NCBI GenBank assembly: GCA_008690995.1 | Contig: VRMN01000002.1 | Span: 992,001-1,056,000, forward strand | Reading direction: 5' to 3' | Length of the DNA: 64,000 bases | DNA from: Porphyridium purpureum | Taxonomy: Eukaryota | Shown here: positions 51,255 to 62,195 of the stretch, piece after piece | How the letters are laid out: every line of letters starts with the position of its first letter | Position numbering within the stretch: position 1 is the stretch's first letter | Notes under the pieces: generated by a model | What the model was told of the DNA's origin: nothing | The model's database searches: none | What the model saw: the letters and a program-made list of their open reading frames with translations, nothing else | Program-made: the position numbers and the translations under genes

Positions 51255-52517
51255 ATGTTGCGGATGCGATCGGCTGCGGCCGGCGGAGTGAGCCGGATGG
51301 GCGAACCGGTGCTGGTTCCGATTGTTCCGGTGGTGGTGTGTGCGATGCTGAGCGTCTGGCTGCTGGTGGCGTCGCTGCAGTTGTGGAGGTGTCGAAAAGG
51401 ACGCCAGGACCGGGTGTGGAAAGTGAGCGATGTGCCGGCGGATCTGTACGATATGATCACGCATATCAGCTACTTGACGGATAGTGGCGCGTCGCCTTCT
51501 GAGGGTAGTGCGGCCATGCGGAAGATGCTTGCTTCCGAGCGCGCATTGAAGAAACTTTGTCCGTGTAGAAATTTCGGCGACTCGGCGTGTGAGTGCGATT
51601 GGTCGGAACTGCTGCGGCGCGCAACGAGATTGGCGCTCAGTCCAAAGCTGGCAAAGAAACGAAAGACGGCTGCGAAGAAGCTAGGCGTTGCACATATGTG
51701 CCCGGAAGACGGGAGGGGGTTGTTGCCACCGGAAAGCGGATATCAGTGCGTGTTCATGACTCTCGACTACCTTGTGTTTCCGCGCGTCGCCTTGCAGCAG
51801 GCCGTTCATGCTGTGAGCTTGCTTTCACTCGAAACTCCCTTTCTGAGAGCGGCCGACGCGATCGTGCCCCTGCTGGAAAGCTTTCCAGACGGATCGCTTG
51901 ATGTCCATGCATTCTCGCTAGGCGATGTCAAGGAAAGTGCAGACTCTGTTTCGGATTTCCACAAATTTGTTCGTCGGCGCGGAAGCAGTACGGCCATTTC
52001 CGCACGGCATATGCGCTTGACCAGCACAGGCAATCGTACGTTGTATATGGATACCATCAGAGCGGACGTGCAGCGACGATATGACTTCATTCAGCTGGTG
52101 TGCAGGCATGGCGAGCTGCTCACTTTTGAGTTACTCGAATATTTATATGCGCATGTCGCGCCGGGTGGATTCATGGCACTTGTAGTTGAAATGGACCCAC
52201 CTTCCAAGAAGGGTAACGTCTCCCCCGGGACCATGCAAGATCTTACTCGGCGCTTTGTCAAGGCAGCCGCCTCCCGCACTGAGGGATACGTGCTTCCCGT
52301 GTTCGTCCAAAGTGCGCACTTGGGCCGGAAAAAGGGCACGATGGTCGTTGTGCCGCATCTAAAGGGCGTGGTTGAGGGCGCGATGGATTGGGAGGCGCCT
52401 GAGATGGATGACGGCGAGGCAGATGCAGACGGCGTCGAGAGGCTCGAAGATGATGGAGAAGGCGCCAAAGGAGGTGATGAAGAAGCAAGGGAGAATGTAG
52501 AAGCTTTCAAGGAATGA
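51255..52517 (+). CDS. Hypothetical membrane-anchored protein, possible divergent class I methyltransferase fold
   Basis: N-terminal TM; 'YDFIQLVC...TFELLEYLYAHVAPGGFM' resembles the methyltransferase C-terminal motif. Confidence 0.55.
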   Translation: MLRMRSAAAGGVSRMGEPVLVPIVPVVVCAMLSVWLLVASLQLWRCRKGRQDRVWKVSDVPADLYDMITHISYLTDSGASPSEGSAAMRKMLASERALKKLCPCRNFGDSACECDWSELLRRATRLALSPKLAKKRKTAAKKLGVAHMCPEDGRGLLPPESGYQCVFMTLDYLVFPRVALQQAVHAVSLLSLETPFLRAADAIVPLLESFPDGSLDVHAFSLGDVKESADSVSDFHKFVRRRGSSTAISARHMRLTSTGNRTLYMDTIRADVQRRYDFIQLVCRHGELLTFELLEYLYAHVAPGGFMALVVEMDPPSKKGNVSPGTMQDLTRRFVKAAASRTEGYVLPVFVQSAHLGRKKGTMVVVPHLKGVVEGAMDWEAPEMDDGEADADGVERLEDDGEGAKGGDEEARENVEAFKE

Positions 52518-52610
52518 CGGGTATGTTGCAAAGACAGAAACAAAGAGAGGTGCGACGTTCAAAGGAAAATGATGAAAGAAAATTGAAAGACAATCCATTT
52601 TGGATAGCTT

Positions 52611-55337
52611 CTATTTTTTCAACAGGCGTCCAGTCGAACTCTTCTTCGCAGGCCATGCTGTTGAGTGACGGAAAATATTCCACGCGCGCAGAGTGGAGTC
52701 TTCGCCGGAGCTGACGAGGTGCCACATTTGCCGCCCTTTCCTGGGCTGGTCTCCGTCATCGAGGTCCATGGAAGTTACGGAAGAAATTGACTCAAGCCAG
52801 CGAACCTCTTTGACGCTGCCTTGGTGGGCGCGGATTCGCGCTACTCCCTCCGGATGCTGCTGAAGCAAAATAGGAAAAGGTTCTGCTTTTGACTGAGATC
52901 CGAGTTGAAATTTCCACACGCATATTGCACCATCTGTCGCTGCGGACGCCAAGTAAGCAAAGTGCGAGCCATACGTCCAATCCATAGACGTAATGCGAGT
53001 ACGCATAACGCCAGAACTTTCAACAGAGCACACATGCACGCACAAACTCGTCTGTGCTGCACTCACACAAAAAACTGAAATAGTTCCTCTGCTATCACCG
53101 ACGGCCAATGCCCGAAAACGCTTGCACATTGCCAAGCACGTAGCCTCGCGAATCTTACAGGGCCATACATGTCGAAGCTCAGGCAATGATGATACCCTGG
53201 GTGCTTGCAAACACACAACGCTTCCGTCTTGTTGTCCAGCCAGGACCATACTTGTGCGATGGTTCTCTAGTGTCTGGGTCGCCACGACGCTTACAACTTG
53301 CTTCGCTGACTCTGCACTCATGAACGAAAGGCCAGGGACCTTTTCCTTCCGCAAGAATGTGCCATGCATTTGCAATGAAGCCTTGATCACTTTTGAGGTT
53401 GAATTTCCTGCAAACGCGTAGGTGGCGAGTGTGCTTACATCCCAAGTGAGAATCGTGTTGGCAACTGGATGAATACTAACGAGCTTCGCGGTTGCCAGTT
53501 TCGTATCTGCCGGTCCATCTGACTCTGCTTCCACGTGTACGTACGAATGCAAGCCTTTTGCCGGTTCAGAAACAATACCGCTGAAGTCTAGCGTGCGATA
53601 TCCCTTACTTTCCAGTCCGACTAATGTTGACCTCTCGCCAGTTCCACTAACATTCTCACCACCCAAAAGATCAAGACGCACAACGATCAGGCGCGGCACC
53701 GACAGTCCGATAAATAACCATGCGTCCTCGGTAGCACATTCGTCGATCCCAGGAAGAACGAGGCAAAGCGTATCAATTGTCCAGCCTGGGCTGAACACGA
53801 AATCAAGTTTGAGCAGCTGCCTTTGTGCTTTGCCCAGTTCGCTGTGTGGGCATCCCAGGAGAATTCGAACCGAAGGCTCGCCCAATGATGCAAGGAGAAC
53901 GAAGCCACCAGACACCTGCAAACAGCTCACAGCGTCACTAACGCCGGACAAGCAGCTCCACACAGCATTGTGAGACTCGTCGAGCATGAAAAGGTGGCCA
54001 GACATGGACGCGCAAAGTACATATTCATGTGGCTTTGTCTTGACATGGCTACTAACCCTGTCCTGCTGCAACAGGTCTACAGCAAGCGGGCAGAAGAACG
54101 GACGCGTTGTGCAAATCTCAGCGATCGATTCCAAACCATGTTCGAGGCCGGGGACGGGCGCCAAGAGTGTAAGCTCTTCAGTGATTTCATGGCATGACGC
54201 GTCAACGCGACCGGGCTCAGCAACATGGTCCAACGCAAAGATCTGATCTCCCCGCGCGCCAAATAAAACGCGATTTGATTTTAGCCACACACAGCTCACC
54301 CAGTGGTCGTTCAGTTTTGATCTCGCTTTCGTGTTCGTGTTTGATCTTACAGCGGCATCGCTTTCATCCCTTTCTGGCACTTGCATGTCAAGTACGCAAG
54401 AAACCAAATCGCTTGCAATGTCGACACGCAGTACAAAGAGCTTTCCGCTAGACGTTCCGCAGGCAATCAATGCTGCAGCAGTGCAAGACCTCTGTGGTTC
54501 TATGGACAGAGAGACGACCTCAGCGGTGTGATCGGAATGCGTGAAGACGCTTCTTCTCTGCATCGTATGTGAGTCTAGGAAAAGCACCACGCCTGCAGAA
54601 CAACCCAAGACTAGCACTCTTGGGTTGATCAACGGGCAAAGTGACATACAATTCGCACGCGCGAGAACCGCTTGCTTAACTCCTTTTGATGGCATTTCGA
54701 CAGGTCTGCTCGCAATCAACTCCCTGACTCGGCACTTGACTGTCGGGGCCATGTTGCCCTCGACGCACGACAGAAGGAGTAGCGTACCGTCTGCCAGAGC
54801 CACCGCCATTCTCGAGCCGTGAAATGCCATACACATAACCTTTGCGGGATGAGTTCGGCTCGCTTGATTCGCAAGCTCGCCACGCACATGATTTTTCAGG
54901 TTCCACGCGCACAAGCGCTGCTTTGTGTCGGCATCTACGACGCTGACGTTGCCATCCTCATCGCCAATGCCCAACAAATGACAAAGCCCAGGCGCCGCAT
55001 TGAATTGCACGCACACCACCCTTGCCGCCGGCACAAACTCGCGGATCTCTGCCTGCCACCGCCAGTATCGTTGCCATGGTTCCGGCTCAACCGCGCCACG
55101 GTCTTGCAATGACTTACGCAGTGACCGACTGCTTGCTTCGGAGCAATCGAACAAATCTCGTACACTTGAACGCACGCGTGGCGTCTCTTCCGGTAGCCAG
55201 TACAACTGCACCGTGCTACGGCATGCCACTGCAAGAAGCCGTCGCCGCTTCGACTGAGAGGGAGCGACGCCCGAGTGCTGAATGCTCAGAACCGACTGTG
55301 AAAACCACGAAGGTGCGGCAGGCAACCACACCTCCAT
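52611..55337 (-). CDS. WD40-repeat protein, Gemin5-like
   Basis: N-terminus 'LPAAPSWF' resembles Gemin5 'LPPSPNWY'; WD repeats e.g. 'LASAATDGAICVW', 'LVSSGEDSTLRAWN'. Confidence 0.7.
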   Translation of the reverse strand: MEVWLPAAPSWFSQSVLSIQHSGVAPSQSKRRRLLAVACRSTVQLYWLPEETPRVRSSVRDLFDCSEASSRSLRKSLQDRGAVEPEPWQRYWRWQAEIREFVPAARVVCVQFNAAPGLCHLLGIGDEDGNVSVVDADTKQRLCAWNLKNHVRGELANQASRTHPAKVMCMAFHGSRMAVALADGTLLLLSCVEGNMAPTVKCRVRELIASRPVEMPSKGVKQAVLARANCMSLCPLINPRVLVLGCSAGVVLFLDSHTMQRRSVFTHSDHTAEVVSLSIEPQRSCTAAALIACGTSSGKLFVLRVDIASDLVSCVLDMQVPERDESDAAVRSNTNTKARSKLNDHWVSCVWLKSNRVLFGARGDQIFALDHVAEPGRVDASCHEITEELTLLAPVPGLEHGLESIAEICTTRPFFCPLAVDLLQQDRVSSHVKTKPHEYVLCASMSGHLFMLDESHNAVWSCLSGVSDAVSCLQVSGGFVLLASLGEPSVRILLGCPHSELGKAQRQLLKLDFVFSPGWTIDTLCLVLPGIDECATEDAWLFIGLSVPRLIVVRLDLLGGENVSGTGERSTLVGLESKGYRTLDFSGIVSEPAKGLHSYVHVEAESDGPADTKLATAKLVSIHPVANTILTWDVSTLATYAFAGNSTSKVIKASLQMHGTFLRKEKVPGLSFMSAESAKQVVSVVATQTLENHRTSMVLAGQQDGSVVCLQAPRVSSLPELRHVWPCKIREATCLAMCKRFRALAVGDSRGTISVFCVSAAQTSLCVHVCSVESSGVMRTRITSMDWTYGSHFAYLASAATDGAICVWKFQLGSQSKAEPFPILLQQHPEGVARIRAHQGSVKEVRWLESISSVTSMDLDDGDQPRKGRQMWHLVSSGEDSTLRAWNIFRHSTAWPAKKSSTGRLLKK

Positions 55338-55363
55338 TTGTTGCGCCAACTGGAAACGCAACG

Positions 55364-58300
55364 ATGGAGCAGCTGCATACAATGCTACACGTGTCCCGCG
55401 TAGCTGTGCCGCTGCGCGCGCCGGCAAGTGCTTGTGTGCTTACTCACGAGCCGCCAGATGACGCGGCTGATGCTAACAGGGCTCCTCCGGGCGCACTGGC
55501 AGCCCTCGTCGGATGTGCCAACGGAGATCTGGTCAGGTTCGTGTGGCCGTTGCCGCCTCTTGCGCCGGCGCCGGCGCCGTCTCCGTCTGATGGACAACGA
55601 GGCGGACTGCTGGGCAGAAGGAAAAGTCTAACAAAGAGCGGGAAGCTTGCAAAGACCGTCTCCTTCGATGTGTCGACACGAACAAGTGCTGATGAACAAG
55701 TGCAGGCCGTGGCGGCGTCTGCAGTGTGGCAAGCGCCGGGTAAAGAGATCGGAGAAGGAGCGGCCAGCATGACGCACCCAGCTGCGCATAGCGTCCTCAA
55801 GATCGTGCGGATACGCGCGCGCGCGATGCATGTGCTGGTGGTATTGCAGGCAGATATGGTGCTACGCGTGCACTGCGAGCTATGTTTGAAGGAATCCACG
55901 TGTCGAGCTGCATCTGAGCTCAACGGATCGAATGACGCTGTCAGTACTAGAGCAAGCGCCTGGACAAACGTCAGAGCAAGCGCTAGCGGCCTGCGTGTCG
56001 AGATAAGCCGGCAAACCGATATTCTAGCGATTGAAGAAGTCCCAGGTGGCGCGGGTGACACCGAAGACGGAATCTTTTTAGCTGTGCAGAGGTCACGAGC
56101 CACAGGAGTAATGTCTCTTTGCGTGTATTCTATCCATTGCGCTTCAGCCTGCGCGGAAAAAGGAAATCTTTCAAAGCGACCCTCGACGGCATCTTGTGCT
56201 TGCATTTGTCCACCCTTGGTGCCTGACCCGCGAAGCGAAGCGGACCGAACCATAGTTGAGTGTGACGGAAATGGCGAGGTAGAAGCACAAATCGAGAATC
56301 ATGAACAGACCAAGTCCCAGCGGCAACTCGCGTTCGTAGAAGTGGACCTTTTGCCTCTAAGTGGGTATTTGGTCCAAGATCAGAGGCAGCAACAGCCTCA
56401 ACAAGGCCAGTCGATTCAGCTCCCGACGTATCTTCCCGATGATGTGCGCTTGAGCTTTTCGCCAGCTATGCGCAGTATCTGCCTCCGTCTTCCATCACAA
56501 TATATCCTTTTGCGCATGAATCGCCAGACGCGGCTTGCGGTGTGCGTGAGCCTGCCCATTGCAGATATGTCAAGAGTCGCAGCCTCAGTGGGCTCGGTAG
56601 GAAGTCATGCTCCTGGTGGCAAAAATCCTAAGATTCCGCCGTCCAATGCCGCTGGAGAGGCAGAATCGAAAGACAAAAGAGTATTTGACGGGCTGTTCAA
56701 ATTTGCCGAGAGGATCCTGAATCAGCCAGATGCGCAGACTACCAAGGACCGAACGTCAGATCTCGGAGCTGGATTGATTCAGTTGCAATTTCCGCAACCG
56801 ATCTGCGTAGAAGGTGAGCACTGGATTCTTGCCAATGTAGCCCCTGACGTTGCCCCTAAAGACGATGGAGAGTTCCCTTCTCCCGTCGCTGGTGGCGGGA
56901 ACAAGAACCCGTCGACTCGTTTGGGTCAGGGAAAGAATCATTCGGCTCATCAGCATCCGCACACTGCGCCTTCGTCGACGCTTTCCGTCTACAATGTGTT
57001 TGGAAATGCTACTTCGTATCTGAACCAAGTGAAGGCAGTGAATGACGCGCTTTTCAACGAAGCAATCATCCGCAAGAACGAGACTGCAGCCGTGATTGGT
57101 CCAAGGCGCGCGAAAACGATTGCCTTGGCTCAACACATGGGCTTCATCTTCTTTCTGGACAAGCGCGGGGTGGTCGAAGTCTACGCAAAGCCTGCGCTTT
57201 CCGAAGAGTTGTTGCTGGCAAAAGTTCGCATTTTTCCAGAACCACAGCCCCAATTGAGTTCCGCAGTCAGCAGCAGCGCTACATCAGCTCCGCAAGCCGA
57301 ATCTGAAAGTGATTCAAGCGCCACGCAGAGCGTTTTTGACTTGGGGAGAAACCAAAATGATTGGGCAGAGTGGGCCGAGTGGGAGGGAAGCATGCCCTGT
57401 GGACCGTTTGTAGCGCCTTGCTTCATGTGGTCATCCCGCGGCAGCTTTTGCGCTGCGTCGCGGACACAAATCTTGACGCTCGTATCAAGAGCTACGCCGC
57501 TCTCGCTCATCGCGCGGGCACTCTACTTGCGCGAAGACTTTACGGTTATGTCGAATCTTCTTCGGACAGTGAGCGATTTCCCTGAATCCGATCAGGAGCG
57601 TGGGCATGATATCGGGCTTTCAGTCCCGGAGCAAGTGTCGGAGATGCTAGAAGCTGCCATCGTCGGTCGCGCCAAACAGCTGCTCCAACGATTTGCCATT
57701 GAAGCGCCTGCTACTGAGTCACATCATGCCCTGCAGAATGTCCATTCATCAATTGTGGCTTTTGTGCAGCGAAACATCCCCCACATGCCTGCATCTCGAG
57801 CCCTTGCGTTGTACGAGATGGCCTCGAAACTACCGTTCCCGACCAGTGAACCCCGCTTGTCGATGTCGTCAGATTCGAATGTCGCCGTGTACGGGAATTG
57901 GATTGGTGGTTTATTTCTTTCGCAGTGGGGACGCCAATCTGGGCTGGCCAACGCAGAGTCCAAGGCAGACCTCGTTCACAAGGTATTGGGTATCACTCTT
58001 CGGACGCCACTTTGCATAGCACAGAGCACGCTCATCATCCGTACCGTGGCATCTACCATTGAGCCCGGGACCTTGGTCAAGACGCTGGATGCCGCGCAAA
58101 AGACGTTGCCGGCCTCACACCGTTTTCAGTTGGAAGTGGAGATGTACGAGGCACGCGACGATATCGGGAGCGCCTTTCGAGTTCTTGATGTTGATGCTGA
58201 CAGCGGTCGCACGGCGTGGATAAGGAAGAAGAGCAGGGCATTGCAAGCCAGCCAAGCACCGTCGTCTGAGCTCGCCAGCCTTCGACTGGACCTAATCCGC

Positions 58301-59641
58301 CGAGTCACTACGAATCGTTTATGCACGACTGAGGACGTTCCGCTGAACGAACTCAAGCTTTGCATCGACGCGCTAGTGCTGACTCGTGCTGGTGCTATGG
58401 TGGATGAGAGTACCGTGAATTCGTTTCTGCTCAACTGCGCTGTGGTACGCCCAGAGCTGGTCGTGAATAGCGCAACCATGCTTAGAAGCGGGCAAATTCT
58501 GGAGTCCGGTCGACTGTTTATCATTTTGTCCGAGCTCGAAACTGCCGATCGCCTCCTCATGTATGAGTCCTTTGTCCTGTATGTGTTTATTCAACTTGGT
58601 GTTGAGTTGAGGTGGGCTTTTAGTCCGCTCGTCGGCGATGCCCGTCAGCTGGACGCCGTACACACTCGAGACATTGAAGAAAGTACTGTGCCCTGCGCCG
58701 ACGATGCTTTCATGGCGTCGTTGGTCACGAGCGGTTCACACATTTCGTTCGTGGGTCCAAAGCTTCGCCATCACCATACTGTCACGGAGGGTGCCTCGCA
58801 ATCTCTTTCTGCGATGGGGTCGACAGAGATTTTATCATCTGGATCGGCAAATGCATCGAGTGAGCATGAGATACGAAGCAGACTTCTCACGCGATTTGTG
58901 ACAGGACTGGCAACACATGCGCCTGCCTCATGGTTTCGCGTGCTGCTCATCAAATATATTCTCGTCGTGTATGAAGGCGTGTACGATCTCAGCACCGTCA
59001 GCACGTGTCCCGCCGTGCAGTCCGTGTCGTGGTTAATCGAAGTGCGCGCGCTCCTGCTTGGACTACAAGGTCGACACAAGGAAGCCGTTGAATTGCTTCT
59101 TGCTGGGGCCGAAAGCGGTGACCAACAAGAGCGTCATAATTTTGTGCAAGTGCTGCGCTACTGCCACTCTGTGCCCGATTCGGAGCGCCTCAAAGCTGCC
59201 CTAGCGCTGATCAAATCCAGTTTGGCGCTTGCTTCGAAGCGAGGGCCGTTTATGCTAGAGAAGACTTGGGAGCTGATCGCCAAGGAGCAGCTTTTATACA
59301 CGTCCCTCGCCTCCGTAGACGAGTCAGAGACCGACTGGTTTGTCCATGATGCGTTGAAGTCAATTCCGCCCGGAATGAACGTCCGCGACGCCAACATTTT
59401 GGTACAGCATCTGCTCAACTCTGCTGAAATGCGAAACCAGAACACAAAATTGCGCCACGCACTTTTCGAAAAGCAAGCCGTCATTGCGAGTGCGAAATTG
59501 CAAAAGGCGCGCGCCAAAAGTTGTGTCATTGACGCCAAGTCAGTTTGCGCGGTATGCCATCAGCGGATCGGACACGCTGTCTTTTTGTGGGGTCCCTCGG
59601 AAACGCTGACTCATTTCGCGTGCCAGAAGCAACTCCAATGA
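55364..59641 (+). CDS. Vps39/Vps3/TGFBRAP1-like tethering subunit (divergent)
   Basis: 'RALLLGLQGRHKEAV' and C-terminal zinc ribbon 'CAVCHQRIGHAVF..P..LTHFAC'; probable ATG 55364. Confidence 0.75.
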   Translation: MEQLHTMLHVSRVAVPLRAPASACVLTHEPPDDAADANRAPPGALAALVGCANGDLVRFVWPLPPLAPAPAPSPSDGQRGGLLGRRKSLTKSGKLAKTVSFDVSTRTSADEQVQAVAASAVWQAPGKEIGEGAASMTHPAAHSVLKIVRIRARAMHVLVVLQADMVLRVHCELCLKESTCRAASELNGSNDAVSTRASAWTNVRASASGLRVEISRQTDILAIEEVPGGAGDTEDGIFLAVQRSRATGVMSLCVYSIHCASACAEKGNLSKRPSTASCACICPPLVPDPRSEADRTIVECDGNGEVEAQIENHEQTKSQRQLAFVEVDLLPLSGYLVQDQRQQQPQQGQSIQLPTYLPDDVRLSFSPAMRSICLRLPSQYILLRMNRQTRLAVCVSLPIADMSRVAASVGSVGSHAPGGKNPKIPPSNAAGEAESKDKRVFDGLFKFAERILNQPDAQTTKDRTSDLGAGLIQLQFPQPICVEGEHWILANVAPDVAPKDDGEFPSPVAGGGNKNPSTRLGQGKNHSAHQHPHTAPSSTLSVYNVFGNATSYLNQVKAVNDALFNEAIIRKNETAAVIGPRRAKTIALAQHMGFIFFLDKRGVVEVYAKPALSEELLLAKVRIFPEPQPQLSSAVSSSATSAPQAESESDSSATQSVFDLGRNQNDWAEWAEWEGSMPCGPFVAPCFMWSSRGSFCAASRTQILTLVSRATPLSLIARALYLREDFTVMSNLLRTVSDFPESDQERGHDIGLSVPEQVSEMLEAAIVGRAKQLLQRFAIEAPATESHHALQNVHSSIVAFVQRNIPHMPASRALALYEMASKLPFPTSEPRLSMSSDSNVAVYGNWIGGLFLSQWGRQSGLANAESKADLVHKVLGITLRTPLCIAQSTLIIRTVASTIEPGTLVKTLDAAQKTLPASHRFQLEVEMYEARDDIGSAFRVLDVDADSGRTAWIRKKSRALQASQAPSSELASLRLDLIRRVTTNRLCTTEDVPLNELKLCIDALVLTRAGAMVDESTVNSFLLNCAVVRPELVVNSATMLRSGQILESGRLFIILSELETADRLLMYESFVLYVFIQLGVELRWAFSPLVGDARQLDAVHTRDIEESTVPCADDAFMASLVTSGSHISFVGPKLRHHHTVTEGASQSLSAMGSTEILSSGSANASSEHEIRSRLLTRFVTGLATHAPASWFRVLLIKYILVVYEGVYDLSTVSTCPAVQSVSWLIEVRALLLGLQGRHKEAVELLLAGAESGDQQERHNFVQVLRYCHSVPDSERLKAALALIKSSLALASKRGPFMLEKTWELIAKEQLLYTSLASVDESETDWFVHDALKSIPPGMNVRDANILVQHLLNSAEMRNQNTKLRHALFEKQAVIASAKLQKARAKSCVIDAKSVCAVCHQRIGHAVFLWGPSETLTHFACQKQLQ

Positions 59642-59701
59642 AAGACGTTCTAATTTGTCCGTCAATTTCCTTCACTCGTGTAAAAGTATCAGAGAGCAAC
59701 C

Positions 59702-60796
59702 TTAATGACGATTTCGGGCGGCATTGACCATCCCCACACCAATGCAACTCAAGGTGAGAGCTTCAGAGCCCTCTTGTTCCTTGATCTTGAATGTCACGCC
59801 GAGAAAAAGCCTGATATCGCGCAACAACTGAATGGCTGCGTTGCTCAATTTGCCAGTCACGAGTTTCGAGACGTCGGGTTCCGACAACGCCATAGCAAGC
59901 AGCACCATGCACTGATGACTGGACGGAATGCATCCTCCCTGGTCAATTTCGTCCAGCAAGGCATACGCAGCGAGCTTTGCGCACTGCTCGGGCTCCTGTT
60001 CGTTCAGCGAGCTCGTGGCGTCTGTCGCCAGGAGGCAGTGCGTGGTGCTTTCTGAGACCAACGTAATACCAAACCCAGGCGAATTACCTGCTTTGGCGCG
60101 CTCAGCATGGTCGCTGTAGATAAAAACGTCGCCCGTGAAGTCATTGAGAATCCTGCGCGTTTCGTCGATGAGGCGGTTGGAAAACGCAGGCGAGACGCGA
60201 CAACTGAACGCAACTCCGCGCACACGCTTCACGTAGCCCGGATCTGTCAACTTAATAATATCTAACTTGGGGATCACGGGGCACGTGATGACCATTTCGC
60301 CGCCGGCGCCAGGCTGCAGGCCGCGCTTGAACATCTTGACATGCACAGGCTCTGAGTGCGTGCAAAGTCCAAGCCTTCTCATTAGCGGCACTGTCACGGC
60401 CTCTAGAACGTCCACCGACTCATCCAGTGGGTTATTCGTTACGCCCTTGAGCACCACACGCGTCGTCTTCTTACCGAACGGGGCCAGCATGAACACCAGC
60501 TCGGCGTAGTAGCCAATGCCACGCGACGTGGCGCACTCGTGCACAATCTCATCCCCGCCTCGCACATACCCAGGCACATACCGCACTGCCGTACCTGTCT
60601 CATTGATCTCCAGTGTCATTCCCGTTGTCAGCGCGTCCAGCAGACGCAGCAGAGAGATTTCATAGTCACGCAGACCCGGCGCCAGCCCGTCCGGGCGAAT
60701 ATCCGTCACTTTGATCGACTTACCCGACAGCGTCGCCAGGATGAGGCGGTGCTTCAAGTGCGCCGCCCCGCGGAACTGCAGCGACGAGGTCTTCAT
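59702..60796 (-). CDS. RCL1: RNA 3'-terminal phosphate cyclase-like protein
   Basis: 'RLILATLSGK', 'PGLRDYE', 'INETGT', 'RGIGYY', 'APFGKK', 'GVTN', 'SPGFG'; upstream in-frame ATG at 60874 also possible. Confidence 0.95.
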   Translation of the reverse strand: MKTSSLQFRGAAHLKHRLILATLSGKSIKVTDIRPDGLAPGLRDYEISLLRLLDALTTGMTLEINETGTAVRYVPGYVRGGDEIVHECATSRGIGYYAELVFMLAPFGKKTTRVVLKGVTNNPLDESVDVLEAVTVPLMRRLGLCTHSEPVHVKMFKRGLQPGAGGEMVITCPVIPKLDIIKLTDPGYVKRVRGVAFSCRVSPAFSNRLIDETRRILNDFTGDVFIYSDHAERAKAGNSPGFGITLVSESTTHCLLATDATSSLNEQEPEQCAKLAAYALLDEIDQGGCIPSSHQCMVLLAMALSEPDVSKLVTGKLSNAAIQLLRDIRLFLGVTFKIKEQEGSEALTLSCIGVGMVNAARNRH

Positions 60797-61098
60797 CTGT
60801 CGCGCTCTCCGTGAGTGGAGCGTTTGGCGTGAGTTATCCGCATCGACGCACACCGGCCGCTCCCACCGAGTCATTCCATCCTTCCGACGTGCTCCTTTCT
60901 TCCATAATTCGGTTTATCAGTTTATCGGTTTAATGGTTTAGGGATGTACCACGTAAGCGTTTTGTTTGTCGGAGCAGGGCGACGCCGATCGGCATGTCGA
61001 ACAAATCCATGGCCAGCGTTCTGCATACCGAATGCACGTTTACTGCAGACTGAACTGTCGCGACTAACCAATGCGCCAGCGAGACTGCGGTCCGTGAA

Positions 61099-61821
61099 TT
61101 ACTGCTTGGACAGCAAACCTTTGGCTTCGTCCAAAGCGCCATGCGAATCTGAGGAGAAATGCTCAAACTCGGACGGAGCGCAAATGTAAAACAAGGCAGT
61201 GCCGATGAGCGCTCCGACAATATTGGCTGCCACCACCGTAAGGGCGTACATGGGCTTCCAAAAGTGCTTGATCAGTGTCAAGCCGAGGGCGACAGCTGGG
61301 TTGAAGCATCCGCCAGAAATGTGTCCCACACACGCTGCGCCAACCGTGACGGTAAGACCAATGGCTGCGCCAAAGAACGAGTTTCCTTCAGTCTTGCTGT
61401 TTGTTGCGACAGCGAGCACCACAAAACACAACAATGCTGTAAAGGTGATCTCCACGATCATGGCCTGAATCCAGTGGTATCCGACTCCGACGCTCGGCGC
61501 GATCGCCTTGCCATTGATCACCAGGCCGAGTAGTGCGCCAAGAACGCCTCCGGCAATCTGAAACGGAATGTACACCGTGAATGCCTGAACGGTATCCAGT
61601 CTGCCACGCATCCACAGCGCGATGGACACGGCGGGATTATAATTGGCGCCCGAGATCGGTCCACCGCAGTAAACCATAATCATGAGCACTACTCCGATCA
61701 CTGCCGGCGCTTCGCTCATGCCGGCGGTAACCGCGAGCTGGATCGTCATCACCAGCACCATCGTGCCGAGCGCCTCCATGACACCGGCGCCAAACTTCTG
61801 GCGGAACTCTTCGTGCGCCAT
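61099..61821 (-). CDS. Aquaporin (MIP family)
   Basis: Two NPA boxes ('ISGANYNPAV', 'ISGGCFNPAV') and six TMs. Confidence 0.95.
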   Translation of the reverse strand: MAHEEFRQKFGAGVMEALGTMVLVMTIQLAVTAGMSEAPAVIGVVLMIMVYCGGPISGANYNPAVSIALWMRGRLDTVQAFTVYIPFQIAGGVLGALLGLVINGKAIAPSVGVGYHWIQAMIVEITFTALLCFVVLAVATNSKTEGNSFFGAAIGLTVTVGAACVGHISGGCFNPAVALGLTLIKHFWKPMYALTVVAANIVGALIGTALFYICAPSEFEHFSSDSHGALDEAKGLLSKQ

Positions 61822-62195
61822 CTCACCGTCACTGGTAAGTTCTCCGTTTGTTTGTTTTCAATGCGGCTTTGCTGGCACGTGTCGATGGGCTGCCTTGGGC
61901 TCCTTTGCCCTGCAGACCAGTCGGACTTGCATGCTTCTCCCACGAGGCCAACGCCTGGCACTTGAACCTGCCGGCAAGCGCTTCGAATCTGCAAAGTACG
62001 GCATATGTAGGTAACGCCACTTTGTCATTTTTATCGGCTCAACGAGTCAACGGAATTTTGTGTCCGGTGTGGCGCAGGCTGCGGAGGTCTGAGAAGCGGC
62101 GACCAAAATGGATAGGGGACAGTCCCTTTTACCACGTTTTACTAGTAAAATGAACCATTTGACTATGAAGAGGATAAAGGTCCGGTGGAACGGGA

